From the IMG/VR virus record IMGVR_UViG_3300045988_042432: a stretch of DNA of 64,000 nt. One strand, given 5' to 3'. This DNA is from a virus. The stretch's first letter is position 1. Each line of letters opens with the position of its first letter. Below the pieces are notes generated by a model. The model was not told where the DNA came from, searched no databases, and saw nothing but the letters and a program-made list of their open reading frames with translations. This document shows, in pieces, positions 53,626 through 63,040 of this stretch. A program made the position numbers and the translations under genes.

Positions 53626-54666
53626 TTACGCTTTTGGCTCAAATTTAGCATCTGCTTCTGTTTTAGTATAAACATCAGCAACGTTAGCCTTGCCAGTCTT
53701 CAATTTAGCAATTTCAGCTGCATTAGCACTACTAGCTTCTAGAGCTTGTTGTGCAGTTTCACCTGGAGTAACTTCTTGACCGATAGTACCTATCTTAGCA
53801 AGAGCTGCTTCAAAATCAGCTGCCAAATCTTGTTTAACATAGAATACATGAGTCGTAAGTGACCTTGTAACTTCTCCTACAGCATCTCCGCCCATAATGC
53901 CTCTATTAACGCAATAGTTAATAATATACTCATTATACTTAGCTCCTGGAACAGGAAGCTCTTCTTCGTTAATACCAGCAAAGCGTCTAGCTTCCATAGT
54001 CGGAAGTCTTAGGTCTTTAAGAATCATCCAGTAAGTACCGAATCCTTCTTTAGATTTCACAATAGTGTTTTGTCCATCGTAGTCTGGGTCGTCAGCTGGA
54101 AGTGCTGTTGCAATTGTTTCAAACTCTCCACCAACTAAAGCAGTGTTCAAGTCTGGATTGAATTTCTGAATTTCAGCTTTAGTAAATAGTTGATATTCAT
54201 CCATTCCTTCAATAACAAGGTTGTTACCATTTGCACTAGCTTTAATCCAGTGGTCTCCATAGATAGTCTGAATCTTCTCAATTACTCTAGCCGCTTCTTT
54301 AGCAACATCTGCTGCTGTAGCACTTGCATTCTTAATTGCAAATTCATACATTAAAGGTTTGCCTTTGAATACGAAGTCATTTGAGTAATAAGAGTTCTGG
54401 CTTCCAGATAGTCTGATGTAAAGAGCAACTCTATAATTACCTACACCTTGATTGCTCATGGTGAAAGTAACTTTACCAAGTACTGGGTCTGATGCCTCTT
54501 TCTTATAGATTGCTACTACGTTTGGTTTGAGGAATTTGTTAACTCTTTTAAATTCGAAGCTACCTACAACTCCACTACCAGTGTCTTCAGCCTGTGCTGA
54601 CCATTTTGGTTTGCCACTAGAATCTAAATTAGAATTTACGATTAATGTGTTTGTCCACTTAAACAT
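53626..54666 (-). CDS. Abundant virion protein, 346 aa (decoration/head-fibre-like?)
   Basis: A strong terminator follows. The C-terminal Ala-rich helix ends with ADVYTKTEADAKF, a motif type common in phage fibre proteins. Confidence 0.45.
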   Translation of the reverse strand: MFKWTNTLIVNSNLDSSGKPKWSAQAEDTGSGVVGSFEFKRVNKFLKPNVVAIYKKEASDPVLGKVTFTMSNQGVGNYRVALYIRLSGSQNSYYSNDFVFKGKPLMYEFAIKNASATAADVAKEAARVIEKIQTIYGDHWIKASANGNNLVIEGMDEYQLFTKAEIQKFNPDLNTALVGGEFETIATALPADDPDYDGQNTIVKSKEGFGTYWMILKDLRLPTMEARRFAGINEEELPVPGAKYNEYIINYCVNRGIMGGDAVGEVTRSLTTHVFYVKQDLAADFEAALAKIGTIGQEVTPGETAQQALEASSANAAEIAKLKTGKANVADVYTKTEADAKFEPKA

Positions 54667-54677
54667 AATTTAAATAA

Positions 54678-55634
54678 TTATTTGGTTTGTGTCTGTTGCT
54701 GAGCTGGATTTGCAACTGACGTTGATATCGGAATATGTGTTTGTAATCTAGGATTACCTTCGTTCTCCAAGATTATATGTACCAGCTCATTAATAATCTC
54801 GTGACACACGTAATCAGGAAATTCCATAATTTGGGATGTGTCTTCTGTCATATCCATCTGTTCTTGTGTCAATCGTATAGTTTGTGGAGCTTTCAGGTAG
54901 TCCACATATACTTTCTTTAACTCAAATAGAGTATGGTCCTTCCCGTACCGTATCTCCATTCTAACAGTAGAAGGATTACCGAAACGAATCTGTCCTTCTC
55001 TTTCTACTGTGGTAACAGCATTACCACCAATAGAAATTGTTCTTGGCAATCCACCAGCTACATCTGTAGCATTAGTATCAGCATCAGTCTTAGCAGAACT
55101 AATATCAGTACCATGTGGATTATCAACAGCATCATACGGGTTAGTAGGATTGCTAGTATTTATGTCAACATTGTGTATGTAAAAATAAGGACGTTTATAG
55201 CTAGGTCTCATATAGATATTCTGAATGATTTGAGACCATGCGTCAGATGTTAAACGGCTAGCTCCGACTTGAACTCTGGAGCCAGCGTTATAACATTTGA
55301 AAGTCTTCTTTAGTTCAAAATCACATACACAATTAAGTAAATGTAAGTAATCACTAGGTAATTCCACTTCATACGTCGCGCCATATAGTGAATCAAGACC
55401 TTCTGTGTCTCCGTAAGCGGACGTAGCAAGTGTTACAGGAAGGGCTATTGTAGCTTTTAGAACCCTAATGTCGTCAGTAGTCTGTTGGTTAATATCATAT
55501 ATATTATATCTCTTATTAATATATTGATATATAGCCTTATTAAAGAAGTAGTTAAAATCCTCTAATAATAGAGTCATAGACTGTACTTTATTTACTTCAG
55601 TAGCGGTTCCTTCATAAACCTGTCTAGCAGTCAT
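54678..55634 (-). CDS. Virion-module protein, 318 aa, function unknown
   Basis: A long ORF coupled (TAATG) to the upstream gene and located after the capsid gene. Confidence 0.6.
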   Translation of the reverse strand: MTARQVYEGTATEVNKVQSMTLLLEDFNYFFNKAIYQYINKRYNIYDINQQTTDDIRVLKATIALPVTLATSAYGDTEGLDSLYGATYEVELPSDYLHLLNCVCDFELKKTFKCYNAGSRVQVGASRLTSDAWSQIIQNIYMRPSYKRPYFYIHNVDINTSNPTNPYDAVDNPHGTDISSAKTDADTNATDVAGGLPRTISIGGNAVTTVEREGQIRFGNPSTVRMEIRYGKDHTLFELKKVYVDYLKAPQTIRLTQEQMDMTEDTSQIMEFPDYVCHEIINELVHIILENEGNPRLQTHIPISTSVANPAQQQTQTK

Positions 55635-56509
55635 TATTTAATATAGTTACCAGTTGAAGATGACTTCTTAGTCTCTTCATCTTTTATTTTGTTAGTAAAA
55701 TCAGGCTCTGGTTGTTCATACAGTTCCGGATATGTGTCCCTCTTAATTAGTTCAAGAGTTCTTCTATTCTGTGGACTCTTCATCCAAGTAATAACTGCAT
55801 CATCACTTGCGCCCAATGGTATTTGATTCTCGCTATATAGATATACTTTATTCTTAACGTATATTACACGTTTGTCTTTAGCATCAATAAACAGAAGTCT
55901 AAGTGCAATGTCATCACCAGTATATAGATTAATAATCTTCTCTGGGTCCTTAGACGCAATGTTCATCAAGAAGTCTTCTACGTCGGCATCAGGGGCATTA
56001 CGCATGTTACGTCCAAGCAATTTAGCCATTTTAAGTCTACCAGCAGCACCTTGTGGGTCTTTAATGATATACTCTTCAGCATCATGGATAAGACGTCTCT
56101 TATTAACACGCTTATTAGTTTCATAACCAGGTCTCTCAACGTAAAGTTCAGCTCCTCCGTATCTCTTAGAGTCACCGTCAATCACTAAATTACCATTCTT
56201 GTCACGTTGGTCACGAGACATAGCAATCATAGGACAGTGTTGAATAGAATACCATTCAGCTGCTTGCCAAGGGTCAGTAAGGTCAAATGTTTTACCGTCT
56301 TCAATAATAAATACACGGTTCTCTGCAATTAAGCATTTACCTTTGTCTTCTTCTCCTCTTAATAGCATATCACCTTTACTATCTACTGGTCTTACACAGT
56401 CAGGGTATCTGCCTGTCTGTGGGTCTCTAACTGGATTAAGGAAGTACTTTTGTCCTACTTTACCGAATACACTTCTTAAGACAATTATGTTGTCTGTTTC
56501 ATTAGCCAT
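55634..56509 (-). CDS. Virion-module protein, 291 aa, function unknown
   Basis: A long ORF, first gene after the post-capsid terminator. Confidence 0.6.
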   Translation of the reverse strand: MANETDNIIVLRSVFGKVGQKYFLNPVRDPQTGRYPDCVRPVDSKGDMLLRGEEDKGKCLIAENRVFIIEDGKTFDLTDPWQAAEWYSIQHCPMIAMSRDQRDKNGNLVIDGDSKRYGGAELYVERPGYETNKRVNKRRLIHDAEEYIIKDPQGAAGRLKMAKLLGRNMRNAPDADVEDFLMNIASKDPEKIINLYTGDDIALRLLFIDAKDKRVIYVKNKVYLYSENQIPLGASDDAVITWMKSPQNRRTLELIKRDTYPELYEQPEPDFTNKIKDEETKKSSSTGNYIK

Positions 56510-56547
56510 ATTATTTCAATCATTTACTTAATATAAATTACTATCTT

Positions 56548-56583
56548 GTAAAATAATGTGAGGAAGGTCTATGCCTTCCCCAC
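56548..56583 (-). terminator. Intrinsic terminator after the putative major capsid protein gene
   Basis: The - strand RNA GUGGGGAAGG-CAUAGA-CCUUCCUCAC forms a 10-bp stem. The one non-Watson-Crick pair is G-U in the - sense and A-C in the + sense. AUUAUUUUAC follows. Confidence 0.75.
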
Positions 56584-56600
56584 AATATCTACTTATTTAA

Positions 56601-58022
56601 TTACACTTCTTTCATAATAAAGCTTCTGTATGGTGAGAATACACCAACACCAGAATAACCCCAGTTGATTAGTTTAGAAGCTGCTACAGGGCTAGAAACT
56701 ACACCTGAGCTTAGACCATCAAGTCCACCAACACCTGGATATTTATTAGAGATGAAGTCACCACCTTTAAGAGTGAACATTTGAATAGCTGGTTCTCCAC
56801 TTACTTTGTCAGCAGTCAAGTCTAACATTAGCATGAAGCCCTTGTCGCTACCCCATTCACGAGAGAATGTACGGTCAACCTTGAATGAAATTGTGTTACC
56901 ACCGATTTCATAAGATTGGAATGTAGCACCAACGTCAACATAGCCGTTAGCTTTCTTAGACCACAGATAAGTTCCGCAAGTTTTGAATCTTGCAAGCCAT
57001 TCTGATAGACAAGTTTGTACGTCTTGCCAAGCTTTCTCATTGCAAATAAGTACATATTTGTTACCAGTTGGATTCTCACTCTTTTCATTCATCATAGCGA
57101 TAGCAGTAGTGAATGCTTCCACAGTAAGCTTATTATATGCATATTTAGATGCAAATCTTTCTACTTGTGGGATGATACCATCACCAATGTAGATAGGACG
57201 ACCAGTGTCAGGGTCGAACAGTGTCGGTTTACCATTCTTGTCAACGTTAGTTTTGTTGAACAGCAAACCGTTGTTTCTTACATATAGGAAGTTCTTCAGC
57301 AAGTTAGATTGAGTCTTATCCATGCGGTACATAGTTTCAGACATCTGACCATTACCTTTACCTTCACCTATTTTAATAAGAACGTCTTCTTGTGCAGCAT
57401 ACAGAGCTGTATAACTGTCATCACATCTGTGAGTAGTAATATAACCTCTGTGTCTTTCAATGTTAGATTGATATTTAACATATCCCTCTTCGTGTGCTTC
57501 TGGCATAGCGTTAGATTGGAAACGAGTAGTGTCACCAATTTGGCATCCGCTAAGGTCAAGAACACTAGAGTAGTCGTTGTCAATAATTCTAACAGTTACT
57601 TCCCAGTAATTATCAGCTTTACGAACTGGTCTCTGGGTTACAAAGCATTGCTGCATTGTTTTGTCAATCTTGAAGATGTCGTACTTCTGGTAATAGTTCT
57701 CTTTGAAAGCCATTACGATTTCAGTTCCGTTCTCTCCAGTTTCAGTTGGTACATCTGCAAACTCAACTCTCTTAATGTAGTTGGTTTCAACTTCCCATTC
57801 AAAGTACATTGAGTCAATGCTTCTGTACTTGTTATTTGATTTAGAATCCATGTAGAAGATGTTTCTCAAAGATTCTGTTAGGTAAGAAGCAGTCAATTCT
57901 GGGTAGAGTCTTGATACTACACCAAGTCTAGTTGGTTTAGTTCCTAGAAACTTATAGAAGTCTTCATAAGTTCTAGTGTCGCCCATAGTGGCGCGATTAG
58001 TTACGAAATTTGCTACTATCAT
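56601..58022 (-). CDS. Putative major capsid protein, 473 aa
   Basis: The size is typical of HK97-fold capsid proteins of crAss-like phages. It lies directly downstream of an acidic scaffold-like gene and is followed by a strong terminator. No sequence motif was checked against a database. Confidence 0.55.
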   Translation of the reverse strand: MIVANFVTNRATMGDTRTYEDFYKFLGTKPTRLGVVSRLYPELTASYLTESLRNIFYMDSKSNNKYRSIDSMYFEWEVETNYIKRVEFADVPTETGENGTEIVMAFKENYYQKYDIFKIDKTMQQCFVTQRPVRKADNYWEVTVRIIDNDYSSVLDLSGCQIGDTTRFQSNAMPEAHEEGYVKYQSNIERHRGYITTHRCDDSYTALYAAQEDVLIKIGEGKGNGQMSETMYRMDKTQSNLLKNFLYVRNNGLLFNKTNVDKNGKPTLFDPDTGRPIYIGDGIIPQVERFASKYAYNKLTVEAFTTAIAMMNEKSENPTGNKYVLICNEKAWQDVQTCLSEWLARFKTCGTYLWSKKANGYVDVGATFQSYEIGGNTISFKVDRTFSREWGSDKGFMLMLDLTADKVSGEPAIQMFTLKGGDFISNKYPGVGGLDGLSSGVVSSPVAASKLINWGYSGVGVFSPYRSFIMKEV

Positions 58023-58038
58023 AATAATTTATTTGGAT

Positions 58039-59148
58039 TTAATCTAAATCGTAAATAGATGTTGTTTTAGGTTTACGACCAGTTTGCTGCTCTGGTCTTT
58101 TAACTACAGTCTTAGCAGGATTAGAGGCTCTGCCAGCCTTAGCATCCTCATAACCTTTCTTATAATTGGCTTTGGATTGCTCTGTAATCTGATGTTTATA
58201 ATATTCGGAGATTTGACGTATAGCTTCTTGTCCTTTAAGAGCAAACCACGACATCTGCACTAGCATTTGTGGGTCATTAATGGCTTTGGCTAAGTATCTT
58301 ACTCCAGCAGCATCTGAATCTAAGATAAAGGAAGCAATTTCATTCATATCGTCCTCTGATAGCGTTAATGATGACTCTCCCAAATCTATAGTTTCGTTAT
58401 CTTGAATAGCTTGTAAAATTTCGTCTTCGTAAGCTTCATACATTTCTTTCTGTTGAGCTTCTGCTTCTGCTTGAGCTTGCTGTATAGCTGCTTCTTCGCG
58501 TTGCTGATAGCTAGCTCTCATTCCGCTCATCTTCTTATTAAAGAGAGCTTCGTTTTGCTTCTCAAGATTTAACTGTTCTAAAGCTTCATCATCAGTAAGT
58601 TCTGGGACATTTGCCTTTAAATCTGCAATAAATAGTTCATCATCTGTCATGCCATCTACTTGATATTCTGGTTCATCTTCTAGGTGGTCTAGGTAATCCT
58701 GAATAGCTTGACGTCTATGAGATTCCAGGTAGTCATCTACACTTAAATTATTTCTTCTAAGCTCGTTAATAAGGTCAATCTCTTCTGGCTCTAAACCATA
58801 ATTATAATCTGTATCATCATAGTTTAAAAGCTCTAATTGCTCTTCCCTAGATAGTTCAGAGAATGGAATTTCTTCTACTTCTCCGTTATCATTTTGGAAC
58901 TTAATAGCCTCTGGATTGATTCCTTTAGCTTTGAGCATAGTTGTGATTAAATCATCCTCTGTAGGTTCTGTATCTCCGTCACCTTCTTTAGGTGGTTCTT
59001 GATTGTCCAATGGTTCATCCAAATCTACTGGAGTATCATTGTCAATCCAACGTTTAATGTCATCATCAGGGTCTCCTGTTTGCACTACACCGTCTTCACC
59101 TAGCAGGTCTTCATCGTCAAAACCTAATTCTTCTAATTTCATGTCCAT
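58039..59148 (-). CDS. Acidic coiled-coil protein, ~369 aa, putative scaffolding protein
   Basis: Very D/E-rich, with a central QQREEAAIQQAQAEAEAQQKE helix. The listed start at 59175 is TTG and overlaps a promoter-like box. The ATG at 59146-59148 (MDMKLEEL) is the likelier start. Confidence 0.5.
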   Translation of the reverse strand: MDMKLEELGFDDEDLLGEDGVVQTGDPDDDIKRWIDNDTPVDLDEPLDNQEPPKEGDGDTEPTEDDLITTMLKAKGINPEAIKFQNDNGEVEEIPFSELSREEQLELLNYDDTDYNYGLEPEEIDLINELRRNNLSVDDYLESHRRQAIQDYLDHLEDEPEYQVDGMTDDELFIADLKANVPELTDDEALEQLNLEKQNEALFNKKMSGMRASYQQREEAAIQQAQAEAEAQQKEMYEAYEDEILQAIQDNETIDLGESSLTLSEDDMNEIASFILDSDAAGVRYLAKAINDPQMLVQMSWFALKGQEAIRQISEYYKHQITEQSKANYKKGYEDAKAGRASNPAKTVVKRPEQQTGRKPKTTSIYDLD

Positions 59149-59172
59149 ATTATTCCCTTTTAAAGTTATTTG

Positions 59173-59180
59173 CAAATTTA
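59173..59180 (-). promoter_or_regulatory. Bacteroidota-type -7 promoter box candidate (TAAATTTG = TAnnTTTG)
   Basis: The - strand reads ACTAAATTTGCAAATAAC, with 24 nt between the box and the ATG at 59148. No clear -33 TTTG partner was seen. Confidence 0.3.
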
Positions 59181-59256
59181 GTGATAAATTTCCATACCTT
59201 AAAATTAAAGACTAATTATTCTTAATTTAACGTAAATTAGTAATCTATCACTAAAT
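59176..59256. repeat. 11-bp perfect inverted repeat ATTTAGTGATA / TATCACTAAAT separated by 59 nt in the fibre-scaffold intergenic region
   Basis: The arms lie at 59176-59186 and 59246-59256 and were read directly from the sequence. Confidence 0.6.
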
Positions 59257-59269
59257 ATTGCTATCTCCA

Positions 59270-61297
59270 TTAAGCCAATTTCATAATAAACACTAATGAG
59301 TAATATGTAATAGGAGTTTCAGTTGAACTACCGGAGCTTGCAGGTATAAATTCCCCTGTTTCACCAGCAGTTTCACTGGCTTTAATGAAGTTGCCAGTCA
59401 AGTTAGGAGTACCTTCAGTACCATCGCATATAGCCCAGCCCGCAGGTATTCCAGATGTTCCGTTATACATTACTATTGTGCCCGCAGGTATTCCAGATGT
59501 TGCAGTTGACATATCAGGAATACAAATAACAGAGACTGTATTATTGTTGTAATATACATCTTTTACCTTTTCATTATCATAAAGTAGAGCGTATACAGTA
59601 GTATCAAAGTCAACATCGTTTATATCTGAATGGAATGTAGTCCTTGAGAACGATTCATTAAATGTTACGTTAGTAAGACTTCTAATAGCTACCTCATCTA
59701 TAGTAGAATCTTCTTTAAATGTTACATTCTCTAATGTTCTGGACACATTCAATTTATTAGCAGTCCCGGAAAAGTTAAAGTTACTATTAATAGTTCCAAA
59801 GTTGTTATCAGAAAGAGTTCCTTGTAATGTAACAATATTACCATTATCACGTACAGTTACAGTTTCAGATTTAATCTCATAATTATTAACAGTTAATACA
59901 TTATTCCTACATGTATCAGTTAAACTTAAATCCTCTTCTCCGTTTCTAAATGTATAAATCCACTTATCTACACCGTCTTCGGTGATTTTAAATTTTAGAT
60001 GTTTAAAGTCATAGTTACAGGAATTGCCCTTCTCATCTGTTAATTTAGTAATTCTCCCCTTAGCCATTACATCTTCCATTACAGATGCTCCATCCTCATC
60101 AATTCCAGGAAGTTGAAACACTTCTTGGTAATTCACATCATATTCAATTTCCCAACTGGGAAAGTCTTTATAATATGCTATCGGATTTAAAGTAGAAGTA
60201 GTGGTTGCTGTAACTACTAGAGGTCGTGTGTTAACAGGAGGGTCTGGAGTACTTTCACTCTCATCAGTTAATTCTTCATCATCTTTTGTGTCATCCTCAT
60301 TGGAAGGCTCCTGTGTATCATCTTCAGTAGTTAGTTCCCACTCATTCTGAAAGTCTTTTATTACATACTTAGCCCCTACTATCAAGTCTTCATTATTGAT
60401 GAGTTCCAACAGCTCCGAAAAGGTTACTTCTACAGAATTGTCAGAAGGGCTACGTTCTATAACGCTGTCAACTACTAATTTAGATTTACCGTTCTCTATA
60501 TACAATTTAAATCCGTAATTATCTGAAAACGAATTTGAAGAGATAGAGTCAGATATGACAGAGCCGCTAGTTGTAATATCAGTAGAGAAGATAGTTTCAG
60601 ACGTTCCTGCAACTACCACGTTTGAATTACCTATTCTTAGTATTATGTTGCCTGCACTGTTTTTCACATATGTAGCACCGTTCTCTCTATATAAAGAAGC
60701 TCCATTAGAAGTGGTACCTAATACAAGAGCATTGCCAATTCCCTCTCCATTTATGATTATAGCCCCTACAGAACTATCAGACTTCTGGATAACAAATTGG
60801 CCTGTATAAGGCATACTTATTTCAGACGGATACTTAGTAAATATTCCATCATTGACAATAAAGAAACGTTCAGTTTCATCAATAAAAACCACCCCATTCC
60901 TTACTCCAGCTAAAGTAGCAGCCTCCTCAGTTTCATATCTGAATCCTATATTAGAACAGGCTACTGCCTTCTGCTCTTCTGTAGTGTCTTGCTTAGATAA
61001 AAACGATACAAATGTTCCTGACCCATCATCAGATAAATTGATAACAGTATTTCCTATTTTGAGCATTACTTCATTAGTGCTCTCCACATAATAAATACCA
61101 TCAGAACTTATTCTGTCAGGAGAAGATACTTTCTTAATGACCTCTGCATCAACATTAAGTTTACCGTCCTTTATAATGTCAATGAACTTCTTGCCCCATT
61201 GTACCTTAACCTGTCCTCTAGTTTTAATAATAAAGTCAGAATCAGAGTTACCTACTGTACTATAAGTTCTTCCAAATAATTTATCAAAGTTGCTCAT
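59270..61297 (-). CDS. Tail fibre/receptor-binding protein with a C-terminal Phage Tail Collar-type domain, 675 aa
   Basis: The C-terminus GTIVMYNGTSGIPAGWAICDGTEGTPNLTGNFIKA matches the Tail Collar pattern (G.I..f.g...P.GW..CDG....PdLrGrF). It has beta-rich repeats and an acidic insert. Confidence 0.7.
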   Translation of the reverse strand: MSNFDKLFGRTYSTVGNSDSDFIIKTRGQVKVQWGKKFIDIIKDGKLNVDAEVIKKVSSPDRISSDGIYYVESTNEVMLKIGNTVINLSDDGSGTFVSFLSKQDTTEEQKAVACSNIGFRYETEEAATLAGVRNGVVFIDETERFFIVNDGIFTKYPSEISMPYTGQFVIQKSDSSVGAIIINGEGIGNALVLGTTSNGASLYRENGATYVKNSAGNIILRIGNSNVVVAGTSETIFSTDITTSGSVISDSISSNSFSDNYGFKLYIENGKSKLVVDSVIERSPSDNSVEVTFSELLELINNEDLIVGAKYVIKDFQNEWELTTEDDTQEPSNEDDTKDDEELTDESESTPDPPVNTRPLVVTATTTSTLNPIAYYKDFPSWEIEYDVNYQEVFQLPGIDEDGASVMEDVMAKGRITKLTDEKGNSCNYDFKHLKFKITEDGVDKWIYTFRNGEEDLSLTDTCRNNVLTVNNYEIKSETVTVRDNGNIVTLQGTLSDNNFGTINSNFNFSGTANKLNVSRTLENVTFKEDSTIDEVAIRSLTNVTFNESFSRTTFHSDINDVDFDTTVYALLYDNEKVKDVYYNNNTVSVICIPDMSTATSGIPAGTIVMYNGTSGIPAGWAICDGTEGTPNLTGNFIKASETAGETGEFIPASSGSSTETPITYYSLVFIMKLA
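59438..59501 (-). repeat. 22-nt perfect direct repeat, 42 nt apart, inside the Tail Collar-coding region
   Basis: gcccgcaggtattccagatgtt occurs at 59438-59459 and 59480-59501. It encodes TSGIPAG twice, 14 codons apart. Confidence 0.9.
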
Positions 61298-61749
61298 TAC
61301 TCAATAGTTATTTCTATATTCTTGTCCTTATTAAGTTCAGTCATAAGTCTATTAAATGCAGCAGTACTATTAATAACTTGCCCTTTAACCTTATTCTCTC
61401 CAACTAAAAGACATCCCAATGTATCTTCTGGTTTATTACCAACGTGAATAAGAACTCCACTGTAACCTTTAACATCTAATAATCTAGGTAATTTACCACT
61501 ATATGGCTTAGCCCAAGTCCTATCCTTAAACTTAGGACTGACTGTATTCATATCAACCTTATATGTGCCGGTAGGTATAGCGGTTTTACCATACACCTTA
61601 ATCTTCTCAATTTCCTCTATAGGCATAGTATCTTTCAGCCCTCTGTCTGTATCCTCAAGAGTGTCACAGAAATACTTACCGTTTAGGTACAGCTTCCCTA
61701 TAGTATAAGACACACCTTTATAAATTCTCTCTAATCGTAAATTAATCAT
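61297..61749 (-). CDS. YkuD-like (L,D-transpeptidase-fold) protein, 150 aa; candidate peptidoglycan-acting enzyme
   Basis: GVLIHVGNKPEDTLGCLLVG matches the His...(S/T).GC(I/L) catalytic signature of the YkuD fold. The overall size and shape recall the small DUF5675-type proteins of Bacteroidota phages (from memory). Confidence 0.45.
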   Translation of the reverse strand: MINLRLERIYKGVSYTIGKLYLNGKYFCDTLEDTDRGLKDTMPIEEIEKIKVYGKTAIPTGTYKVDMNTVSPKFKDRTWAKPYSGKLPRLLDVKGYSGVLIHVGNKPEDTLGCLLVGENKVKGQVINSTAAFNRLMTELNKDKNIEITIE

Positions 61750-61763
61750 GGCTCGAATTTGGA

Positions 61764-62096
61764 TTAATTGTTCTGTTTAAATGTCTTAAATATTTCTACT
61801 AATTGATTAACGTCGTCCTCTCCAAACCTTACTGGCTTGTTAAGAATGTTAACTACAAACCCATCAGCAGACTTCTCTTTCATCTCTGCTTTAACTGCAT
61901 TGGCAAGCAATTCCAGATTAATATTGCCGTGCACGTCTGTGAATATGTCTAAATACTTACCATATTTATCTTCCATATTCTTAACTACGTATGTGATAAC
62001 AGCTTGACTTGCCACGCTATTAAAATGAAATAGGTTACTCGCCAAGTCTTTAGCATACTTATTAATAGCTTGAAATACAATTTCTTTATCGCTCAT
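61764..62096 (-). CDS. Hypothetical protein, 110 aa
   Basis: A co-oriented ORF coupled (TAATG) to the upstream gene. Confidence 0.5.
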   Translation of the reverse strand: MSDKEIVFQAINKYAKDLASNLFHFNSVASQAVITYVVKNMEDKYGKYLDIFTDVHGNINLELLANAVKAEMKEKSADGFVVNILNKPVRFGEDDVNQLVEIFKTFKQNN

Positions 62097-62536
62097 TACT
62101 TACTTTTACTTAACATAACTTCGTCTAATCTCTTCTTAATCTCTGGGTCCTGTTCCACAAGTTCTAATAATGTGTTAACCTTATCTTCTTTAGCTTTTAA
62201 TTGAGCATGAATGTGCTCTTTACTCTTTCTAATAGTAGCTAATAGATTATCAGCTGCTACTTTACCATCTGCTGATGACACGAACTCTTGACTAAACTTA
62301 GTGCCTAAGAATGACATAAAGCCAGCTTCATAGGTTTGCTTAGCCATTTGATATTCTGGCATCTGTGCTAGAACCTTCTGCTCATCTAAAGACAGAGACC
62401 CAACCTCTCTGTTTATTTCATCTAGAATAGGTTGGGTCTTCTGCTGTGCTTGTTGAGCTTGTTGCATCGCTTGTAATTGTTGCATGTAATGGTTCTGTAA
62501 ATCCGTGTAGTTACTACCGAATGGTTGTCCAAACAT
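62096..62536 (-). CDS. Hypothetical Gln-rich coiled-coil protein, 146 aa
   Basis: QQLQAMQQAQQAQQKTQ near the N-terminus, helical remainder, tightly packed in the operon. Confidence 0.5.
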   Translation of the reverse strand: MFGQPFGSNYTDLQNHYMQQLQAMQQAQQAQQKTQPILDEINREVGSLSLDEQKVLAQMPEYQMAKQTYEAGFMSFLGTKFSQEFVSSADGKVAADNLLATIRKSKEHIHAQLKAKEDKVNTLLELVEQDPEIKKRLDEVMLSKSK

Positions 62537-62537
62537 G

Positions 62538-63023
62538 TTATTTAGATTTAGCTACTGACGCAATTGCGGCTGTTGGTGCAGGAGCAGGTGTTACTCTAAC
62601 ATCAAATACTGAATATGCACAATGTCCCTTAACAGGAAGAGAAGTAGGCAATTCATCAAGTACTTGTTGACTAACAATACTAACTCCGTTAGGTATAATC
62701 ACATCTATAACTTTAGTTACTGTTGGTGTCAAAGTGGTAATAGTTTCACTAGTTGCAGCAGTCTCCATAATTGTAGATGTAGACTCTGTAGACACTCTTA
62801 CATTTCCTTTACAATCAGTGTATTGGATATTGTGAATAACATCAAATTTAGTAACTTGTACGTACTCCGTTCCTGTGGTTGAAACGTTAACGACTTTTGC
62901 CCATCTCTGTGTAACTGTTAATGTAGACACAGGAGCAATTGATGCATTTGCTCCACATGGTAACGATACATTAAACTCCATTACTTGAGCACTTTCTCCA
63001 GTTGGTGTAATTTTAACTTTCAT
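62538..63023 (-). CDS. Hypothetical beta-rich Thr/Val/Ser-rich protein, 161 aa
   Basis: The first ORF after a strong terminator. Its composition suggests an Ig-like or surface domain. No motif was recognised. Confidence 0.5.
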   Translation of the reverse strand: MKVKITPTGESAQVMEFNVSLPCGANASIAPVSTLTVTQRWAKVVNVSTTGTEYVQVTKFDVIHNIQYTDCKGNVRVSTESTSTIMETAATSETITTLTPTVTKVIDVIIPNGVSIVSQQVLDELPTSLPVKGHCAYSVFDVRVTPAPAPTAAIASVAKSK

Positions 63024-63040
63024 ACGATAATTAAATTTGA

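Noticed and set aside
59270-61297. Diversity-generating retroelement targeting the tail-fibre C-terminus
   Set aside because: No reverse transcriptase ORF was found. I could not find a template/variable repeat pair with adenine-specific differences. The only repeat seen is a perfect 22-nt local duplication.
7739-62882. About 45 plus-strand ORFs of 60-174 aa scattered through the right arm (for example 9272-9664, 20558-20944, 41380-41796, 57309-57812)
   Set aside because: All are embedded antisense within long uninterrupted - strand genes. They look like antisense shadow ORFs in codon-biased genes. No motif was seen, and they are not arranged as an operon.
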